Shown piece by piece: positions 55,861 to 64,000 of a DNA stretch of 64,000 nt; position 1 is the first letter of the stretch; each line of letters opens with the position of its first letter. A model generated the notes under the pieces. The model searched no databases. It was given only the letters and a program-made list of their open reading frames with translations, and was not told the origin of the DNA. The DNA lies in the NCBI RefSeq assembly GCF_964355755.1, contig NC_092675.1:9605812-9669811 (forward strand), in the 5' to 3' direction. The translations under genes were made by a program, and so were the position numbers. The stretch comes from Antedon mediterranea (Eukaryota; Animalia; Echinodermata).

Positions 55861-57836
55861 TAGCTTCTCTTTCTAAACTACCATGGCCTGGACCTAGTGC
55901 CAGGTATAAAGGATTTATGTTTGAGCGAAATAATGACTTTACACTTTAACCCTATTCCCCTGCAAAATACTGAACAAGTTTTTAAGGCCGAATCAAAATC
56001 CGTTCCGCGTTCCTCCCCTCTCTCTAGCTGCTCGGACTGAGGCTAGGCTCGACGGTACAGTATTCATGAAACGCCAATGTTGTAATAATAATAATTTATA
56101 ATAACTTTATTGACAAACATTTTGGATCAGTGCTAACTAAAAAAATGTTATTTCTGTAGAGGAACATCAGGTTCGTACATCGAGAGATAGATAGTTTGAT
56201 CTTGGTTTTATCAAGGAGACAACTCTCAAGAGCTAGAACTTTCTTTTAGCTTTGAGTAGTATAGGCTCAGTCCTCAAGTGATGACGTTTTGGTTCATATG
56301 AATCTAAATTGTATGCATCTGCATCAAAGAACTTATAAGTTCTTTGATCTGCATCTATGGTTTCAATAGAGAATGAAGTAAAAGTAAAGTTGTCAGGATC
56401 AAAAATATGTTTAAATCTTTGCATTTATCTAAGGGTTCTTTACATAAAGCTAAAGAGCTGTTTTAAAGAATCAAAGAATCACTGTTAGAGAACGACGTTC
56501 GCTTCTCTCTGTACACACCAGCAGCCGCCGCCGCGGTATTTGTTTCTGCTGGACTTTATTTATATTCTATTCATTCTATGAATATGAATATGAATATTCT
56601 ATGATTCAAGATATTATCGCATGATAATGCATATGACCTTATTGATTCTGTCAGAATATTTGTTTATTTATTCTTTCCTTAGCACTATTTTGTCCGTCAA
56701 TTATCTTGATATCAGTTTCAGCTAGCTAAAGTCATTTTTACAGAGTAGGCTATATTTCTTATGATGTGGTTATGTTTTCACGGTGCGCAATCAACAATTA
56801 CGTGATCTACGCACGATTTAACGAAATCACGTTTGTAATCATCTTCACAAGCATGAATCACAATTAAACAAATTTGGTACTCATATTTCATCATATGGCA
56901 AATACAATTACGTGTGTAGCTAGCACATATAAGCGCATGCGTACGCGTGTTTAAAATTGTTAAAATCGTTATTTTATATTTTTAGAGTACGTTTCAGGCA
57001 ATTTTAAGCCTTTAAAAAATTGCAATGAGTTCGCAGATTTTCGCCTAATATGCACTCTTTTTGCACGATTTTTGTTTTACAACCTATCCATAATAATATC
57101 GTAATATCATGATTCACTTTTCAACTCGAAAAGTAACTTATGTCTGTATTATTATGTAACAAATGTTATTTATGATATTACACGGAGGAACTATTGGATT
57201 GTGATACCATTTAACGAATTAAATCTAGTTATTTTATTATTGTACCGTGAAACTAAAAAAATTAAATGTTGTTGTCACAAAAAATAATTATTATTCGCTA
57301 TTAGTAATGACCAAATGGTCTGTCAGCAGGCAATGGCTGAAGTGAAATAATTATTTTTGTTCGTTTTTCCTACTTGCTTTATAGGCCTGATGTTGAGTCG
57401 CTAAAAGCTTTTACCTTCTGTGACCCATCGCATGTCATGAAAGTTTTCGTTTGAGGGGTTTATTAGACAAATTTCCATGAATTCCGTAAACCTAAATCAA
57501 GTATAGGATCAGACCTAAAAACCTTAGTCAATCAGGATATGACAAGTTAATAATTCAGAAACAATCATAGAAGCATGCACGCATTAGACAGATCAATTGT
57601 CTGAAAGCCAACATAGTGTGGCGTCCAAACATGACTGTACTCGGATTTGTAGAGAATAAAAACTTAACATAGCTTTTCCATAAATGTAAAACCCTTTTAT
57701 TATCTACAGGAAGAATAAGTTGTTATTATTATTATAGCTGCCCTTCATATATGTTTAATCTACTTATGTATATATATGAATATTTACTATGGACTAAAAT
57801 AATTACGAACAAGAATACAATATGCATTCGTCGTAC

Positions 57837-58054
57837 CTGGCGGTGGTGAGAAACAATAATTGGATACATATCTGATGACTTTAATAAAATCTTCTAAAAT
57901 AAAATGCACTAAACGCGTTTCATAGTCAATAACTATAGTTTTTTTCCGGGGCGTTGGGGGCGGACTGCGTGATTTCTTTTTTTTTAGAGAGCGAGAGAGC
58001 AGAGTTGTTGTCACTCTGAGCTGTACGTACACACAGTGCTTTAATTTATTCAAG
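57837..58054. promoter_or_regulatory. Putative bidirectional promoter with non-coding first exons
   Basis: GC-rich patch with GGGGCGG box (57957-57963) between a minus-strand donor (CCAG/GTACGA at 57837) and a plus-strand donor (CAAG/GTACAG at 58054). Confidence 0.4.
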
Positions 58055-58659
58055 GTACAGTTTATATAATTCTTATTTCACATAGTTAATTGATTAATGT
58101 CGTATTCTATAGACGGTTTTCACTAGGTTATTAAGCATATTAGTATAGCCTTAAGTAGGTCCTAACTAAAAAGGTTGGCCGACCAACCTGCTGCTATCTT
58201 ATTTTTAGTACTGTTGTTACACAGTACACTCACTGTGTGAGATGAAGGGTAAAGAAACCAACCAATGAAACTTGGCCAGGTCACTATAATAACAAAACAA
58301 GGTGCAACATACCTACTCAGGCTGTACTTCCTATCTTGCTAGGCATCAACTAAAAATAATGAGTAAATTAATTCTTTTAAATGTTATATAGGCCTAGGCT
58401 GTTAGTTAACACATTTATTTAGAATCAAAATACAAGGTGGATGCAAAACAACAACAGTAGTCAGTAGTGCTCTGAGCCTAGTTGTCCAATGCAATATTAT
58501 AGTTAACAGTAGGACATTTTAAAAATGGATTTATATATTTATCTTTTTAATTTTGATTTATTATTTAGTCTTGGTTTAGGCCTACATTAATGCTCAAAGT
58601 TACTTCGTTGTACCTTTTCCATATCTTCAAACCTTCAGGAATAGTTTTCTATAAATCTA

Positions 58660-59107
58660 CCCGGAAACATTTTATTTATGAAAAGTACACTACAGCCCTC
58701 AGGAAAAATTCTTTCATTTTTAACGGACCATTTTTATGGAATAATTTAACTTTAAACATTAAATTATCACCTACTTTACTTTCGTTTAAAAAAAATGCAA
58801 ACAATACTTAATCCATCAATATTCTTTAGATAGTTAATAAGTTTGTTACTATGGAATCTATTCATATTCAATCAAATCTGTTTGGCTTTTTTGTTCCTTT
58901 TTTTAGAAAGCAATTTTACGTTACCATGTACAATGTGATGTATTTTGGAACTCAGCCTTAAAGCCTTTTTTGGCTTACTTGAGTCTCCACACATAAACAA
59001 ATATTAGCCAGGTTTTTTTTTAAATTCTTTTTCTTTGTCTTGTCATATCTTATGTGGAACAATATTAACAATAAAATGAATGAAAAAAATGAATGAATGA
59101 ATGAATA
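58660..59107 (+). mobile_element. CR1/L2-group LINE 3' fragment
   Basis: RKNSFIFNGPFLWNNL..IKLSPTLLSFKK is a typical ORF2 C-terminal motif; ends in an (AATG)n tail. Confidence 0.7.
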
Positions 59108-59401
59108 AAGCACCACCGTCCTTAATTAATTGCTCAATCCACTACCAGTCGAAATCCAAAACTCAACATCATTTAATATTTTTAAAGTTCGACTAAAAAA
59201 TTATCTCACCCCAAAATCTGTTATGGCTAGACATGGCTTAGGCTTTTGAAATGTTCTCCCTTTAGTATTCATATTATTAGATTATACTTTGTAATACAAA
59301 TTGTTATATTTTAATAAAACTAATACTATTATTATTTTGATAAAATGGTCTTTGACATGTCTTTCTAAGAAATGAACATATTTTTTCCCCTATTCAGAGA
59401 T

Positions 59402-62400
59402 ATGAAAATGTTGTGTCGGAATTATTTATTAGTTGTATTTTGCATCAGTTGCTTACTACTACTTGTTCTCTGTCAAAACGAACAATCAGTTGATAAAAGG
59501 AAGGAAGAAATTCGAGCAGCACGTGATAAATCCACTCATCAATTCCGATCGGTTAGGGTAAACCAAGTCTGGGAGAAGGCGCAAAGAGTAAGTTAACTTT
59601 AAGCATGGGTCCTACTAAACACCACGTCCTACCACTCGCAACCACTCCCTACAACGCTACAAATGTAAAATGTACTTTAATTAATTATATGAATTTGGTT
59701 GCGAGTGGTTGTGCGTTGTAGCGAGTGGTAGGACATGGTTGTGAGTGGTGTTTAGTAGGACCCTTAAGCATGTTTCTTAATATTGCCGTATGAAATGGAC
59801 TCAATTAAGCTAAATTACTGTATTACCATAGGTCCTGTGTCTCCTGCAAACGAAATAACCAGTTATAACCCTGTGAATAAATTAACCCCCATCTTGGCAG
59901 CAGAAACAAGTCAAATATTCACTAACCAGTTAATAATGGTTATTTGATTGACAGCCACTAACTATGAGTCAAGCTACTACACTGCAGTAAACGTTTGAAT
60001 TGCCTGCAAGAGCCCATTGCATTTTGGGTACTACTATCTAACGATTTTTAATTTAACGGTGGTATTTATGAACAAAAATTGAGCAGAAATGCAGTTGCTG
60101 TAAAAATTATAATTTTTTAATTATGAAATACTGTTTATTCGATGCTATGCAGCAGAACCAGACCTATGATCATTGGAGGATTCTGTTGATGTTGATTGCA
60201 TATCCGGACAACTACCCCCTGGACAATTACCACCCGGACAATGCCCCCCTCCCCCTAGGACAACTATCACCTGGACAATTACCCCCTAGGACAACTACCC
60301 TCTAGGACAACTATCCCCTTAGGACAATTCTTGTGTGACATGAAGATGCCGTATAATCTGGGAACATACAGTTTACCTACAGTAGCTGCACCGGTCAATC
60401 AAACAGTCTTTCATTTAAGATCAATCTCTCTCCCTATGTTTTGAAGTTCAGTAAGTTTTACAAGATCGTAATTATAATCTAAGGTGTAGATGTGGTTGTT
60501 CCGGAGTGTTTTTGTTCTAGAGGGGTAGTTGTCCTAGGGGCATAGCAGTTGGACTAGAGGGAAGTTGTAAGATAGTGGGGCTGGAGCAGCCCCTTATTAT
60601 CGATAAAATTGTTCTCTCTTTTCTTTTTCAAAACAAACGTTTTACCGTAAGAGCTTATGTTTTGCTGTTTAATGACATTATACGTTTACTAAACTACAAG
60701 TCCAGTAATAATGGAATATTGGTTTGGCTGTTACAGTACTACTTCATAGAAGAACTTAAATTGATTTGTTTTTACATTTTCTCCCAACTCCTGAGAAAAT
60801 AGGACAATAAACGTTTTTTGAACCTAAAGAATAATTATATCCATATGTTTATAACTTAAACATTTCTACTTATTTTATTTTATTCAATTCGTTTTCTACA
60901 GAACAGAACCTCCTAATTTTACTTTAGATTAAAAAAAAACCTACCTAGAGGGTAGTTGTCCTAGGGGGTAGTTGTCCTAGAGGGTAGTTGTCCTAGAGGG
61001 TAGTTGTCCTAGAGGGTAGTTGTCCTAGAGGGTAGTTGTCCTAGGGGGTAGTTGTCCGTTGTCCTAGAAGGTAGTTGTCCTAGAGGGTAGTTGTCCTAGA
61101 GGGTAGTTGTCCTAGGGGGTAGTTGTCCTAGGGGGTAGTTGTCCTAGAGGGTAGTTGTCCTAGAGGGTAGTTGTCCTAGAGGGTAGTTGTCCTAGAGGGT
61201 AGTTGTCCTAGTGGGTAGTTGTCCTAGTGGGTAGTTGTCCTAGTGGGTAGTTGGCCTAGGGGGTAGTTGGCCTAGGGGGTAGTTGTCCTAGGGGGTAGTT
61301 GTCCTAGGGGATAGTTGTCCTAGGGGGTAGTTGTCCTAGGGGGTAGTTGTCCTAGGGGGTAGTTGTCCTAGGGGGTAGTTGGCCTAGGGGGCAGTTGGCC
61401 TAGGGGGCAGTTGGCCTAGAGGGCAGTTGGCCTAGAGGGCAGTTGGCCTAGAGGGTAGTTGTCCTAGAGGGTAGTTGTAGTTGTCCTAGGAGGGTGATTG
61501 TCCTAGGAGGGTGATTGTCTCGGGGGTGATTGTCCGGGTGGTAGTTGTCCGGGTGGTAGATGTCCGGGTGGTAGATGTCCAAGGGGTAGTTGTCCTAGAC
61601 CCGTTGGCTGTAATGAGGTACCAGTTATATACATTACAAACTATAATTCACTTTCAAACATTAAATATTATGTCAGTTTTATTTATTATGTAACATTAGA
61701 TAGGAAAGTCGCCAAAGGAATTGGAAAGACTAAAAGTAGACTTGAAAAAATATGATGAGAAGGCATACCAACTAAAGAAGTTGGAAAGAGATGGAGGGGA
61801 TGCCACTGGAGAACAGAGTGAGAAGATGCATAAACAACTGACAGGTAATTTATATGGTACATTTACCAAAGCTGAACCTAAGTAATTTATATGATACATT
61901 TACCAAAGCTGAACCTAAGTAATTTATATGGTACATTTACCAAAGCTGAACCTGTATAATTTATTATGGTAAATTGACCAAAGCTGAACCTAAGGAATTT
62001 ATATGGTAAAGTTATTACCATAGCTGAACCTAGGTAACTTATATGGTAAAGTTAATACCAAAGCTGAACCTAGGTAATTTATATTGTAAAGTTAATACCA
62101 TAGCTGAACCTAGGTAATTTATCTGGTAAAGTTAATACCATAGCTGAACCCTGGCAATTTATATGGTAAAGTTATTACCAAAGCTGAACCTAGGTAATTT
62201 GGTAATGTAAGTAATTGATATGGTAAATTTGTAGCAAGATGCATGAATCCATATTTGTTAATTCATTTATATATTTATTTGTATAGAAATAATGAAAAAG
62301 CACAACATAGTACCTAAAGACAAACCAAACAAGCAGACACCAACTAAAGACAAACCATTTGACGACAAACGCTTGAATGAACTTTGGAAAAAGACACTTG

Positions 62401-63706
62401 ATGGTATTTATAAACTTTAATATTATTGTAAATGTGGTCTTGTAGACGATAGAATTGCGAGTCGTGGATTTACATCCCCTACAAGTTAATAGACATAAAA
62501 TACCGACTATGCATTAAACGCAAATTCCAGGCCAAAAAGAGTAGTGGGAGGTGCCATTTTATCATGAATTATATGTGCGAGAGTACCATTTCCGACCATC
62601 CAAGGGTGTCATTTTCCTTTGGCCATGGTTAGAAGCCCATCCCTGCTCTCCATGTGTTCCAACTTGCAGGTTGGAATACATGTATAGAGTGCACCGTCTT
62701 TCAGATGAGACGTTAAGCCATTGGTCACGTGTGCAACATGGCTTATGTGCACATTAGAAAACGCAGTACACTCTTTGAAAAAGAGGTGTACTGCCCAATT
62801 CACCACCAAGGACCCCACCGGAACAAGTCTACAGACTTGAAACCTCAAATTATTAGTTGTCTAATAATAACAGGATTTTTATTGCGCACATAGCACTCAA
62901 GAGTGCTCAAGGTGCATTTAAAAAATAAAAAAACAAATCATAAAAATTCCTGACAAATAAAATGCAATTTCTTTGGAGGGTCCCCATCCGTTCTTGTTCT
63001 GTCGAGGTCCCGGACCCCTACCTAGGTGACCAAACAAAGGAGCAGGATACGCATTTGCCTTGCCACAGAAGACCAGGTGCTCAGAGACAACAAACAAGAC
63101 AGAGGCACCCCAAAGATAATGCTGGCCAGGAAATAGTATATTATACAATTCTAAGTCTAGAACTTTAAGAAACCTCATGATTTCCATATGCCTTAATGAA
63201 TAAATGTGTTTTTAATACTTTTTAAAAAGTATCAACAGTTTTAGCAAAATCTTATAGAGCTTGGTAGAGCATTCCATAGATGAGGAGTAGTAACGGTGAA
63301 AGCTCTGTCTCCCCATGAGTGGTGAGACTTAGGCTGAATGTAGAAGCATTTCCTTTATTTCGGATAGTACATACAGTATACACAATATATAAACCAAAAA
63401 GAGACACAATTTCAACTGGAATTTAGCAATGGCATCTTCCACAAAAACCACCTAAAATGTTGCACAAATGCTGATGCAGTTTGATTGTGGAAGTACATTA
63501 ACTATGGTTTTAAATAGACTATTTAGTTTGCACACATCACAACTTCACTGATTTTGAGTGATATATTGAAGTTGAATCCTTTTTTTTTTTATTTACAGCT
63601 CAACATTTTGATGATAATGAGGTTAAAATAATGAAACAACAACTGAAGATTCATCAGGAAAAAATCAATCAGTACCAGGAGTTAGTTGATGACCTTTATG
63701 GAGAAA
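59402..63706 (+). CDS. LRPAP1: Alpha-2-macroglobulin receptor-associated protein (RAP), 5' portion; gene continues past the window
   Basis: Signal peptide, then FRSVRVNQVWEKAQR, LERLKVDLKKYDEKAYQLKKL..DGGDATGE, FDDKRLNELWKK, FDDNEVKIMKQQLKIHQEKINQYQEL, matching RAP D1/D2 motifs. Exons 59402-59587, 61700-61844, 62287-62403, 63599-63706. Confidence 0.88.
59607..59763. mobile_element. MITE with 8-bp TSD
   Basis: TIR GGGTCCTACTAAACACCAC / GTGGTGTTTAGTAGGACCC; TSD ttaagcat. Confidence 0.88.
60199..61602. mobile_element. Second member of the GGACAACTACCCC transposon family, with an expanded 17-bp array
   Basis: Same termini as 7617-9680 (CATATCCGGAC.. / ..GTCCTAGACCC); degenerate TSD gttgattg / gttggctg; (CTAGRGGGTAGTTGTC)n array at ~60945-61500. 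Confidence 0.8.
61843..62200. repeat. ~36-39-bp minisatellite starting at an LRPAP1 splice donor
   Basis: Unit AGGTAATTTATATGGTA(C/AAG)..TTACCAAAGCTGAACCT, ~9 copies. Confidence 0.88.
62858..63355 (-). mobile_element. L2-clade LINE 3' fragment
   Basis: Minus strand WGDRAFTVTTPHLWNALPSSIR..TVDTF..LKTHLF (frameshifted) and 3' end gcaccttgagcac..gtgcgcaataaaaat..tattatt. Confidence 0.78.
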
Positions 63707-63804
63707 GTTAGTAGTTAATTTTTTACAAGGATAGCTCTAACAGCTACCCAACTCAAGTAATAGTAGTGGTGTCCACTTTGAACCCTTCCATGATAGTGGT
63801 GTAA

Positions 63805-63929
63805 AGCTCTGTCTACACTATCAAACTAGTTTGATAAGCCCAAAATGGTAGTGATATGACATCATCATGTCCATATATGGGCACATCACTTTTTTTTGTC
63901 GCATAATGTTTTATATTGTAGACAGAGCT
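63805..63929. mobile_element. Harbinger-like MITE (GTCTACAC family)
   Basis: AGCTCTGTCTACACTATCAAAC ... TTGTAGACAGAGCT; third copy in the window. Confidence 0.78.
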
Positions 63930-64000
63930 TAGTGTACCAAGGTACTATATGTACACAGGACCAATAGCTTTACATGCCATCAGAAAGATGCAATGGGAGT

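Noticed and set aside
56233-56424. 63-aa minus-strand ORF with protein-like composition
   Set aside because: No recognisable domain or convincing splice context; may be a decayed TE or retrocopy fragment. BLASTX would be needed.

Overview
AT-rich, intron-rich animal genomic DNA; a marine invertebrate is likely, but that is inference from repeat content and gene style. Four protein-coding genes can be rebuilt by hand from splice sites and reading phase. (1) An HHIP-like gene on the minus strand (~62-4606). (2) A complete 30-exon ANKHD1/ANKRD17/Mask gene on the plus strand (20171-44207, ~2349 aa, two GC-AG introns). (3) A FADD-like death-fold adaptor on the minus strand (48821-50197) with an unusual DED-DED-DD architecture. 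(4) The 5' part of LRPAP1/RAP on the plus strand (59402 onward). There is one canonical tRNA-Thr(TGT) gene. Intergenic and intronic space is dense with non-autonomous transposons (hAT-, Mutator-, Harbinger-, Tc1/pogo-, Kolobok- and Helitron/Helentron-like), a 3.3-kb foldback, LINE/SINE/5S remnants and minisatellites. The most notable observations: a composite at ~4860-6370 where two minimal hammerhead ribozymes in Penelope-like repeats flank two identical, intact tRNA-like cloverleafs with the normally avoided ATC anticodon; an eRF3-type PAM2 motif plus a Trp-motif tail in the ANKHD1 protein; and the tandem-DED FADD-like gene enclosed by inverted Helentron-like copies. All calls come from manual reading; no database search or folding program was run.
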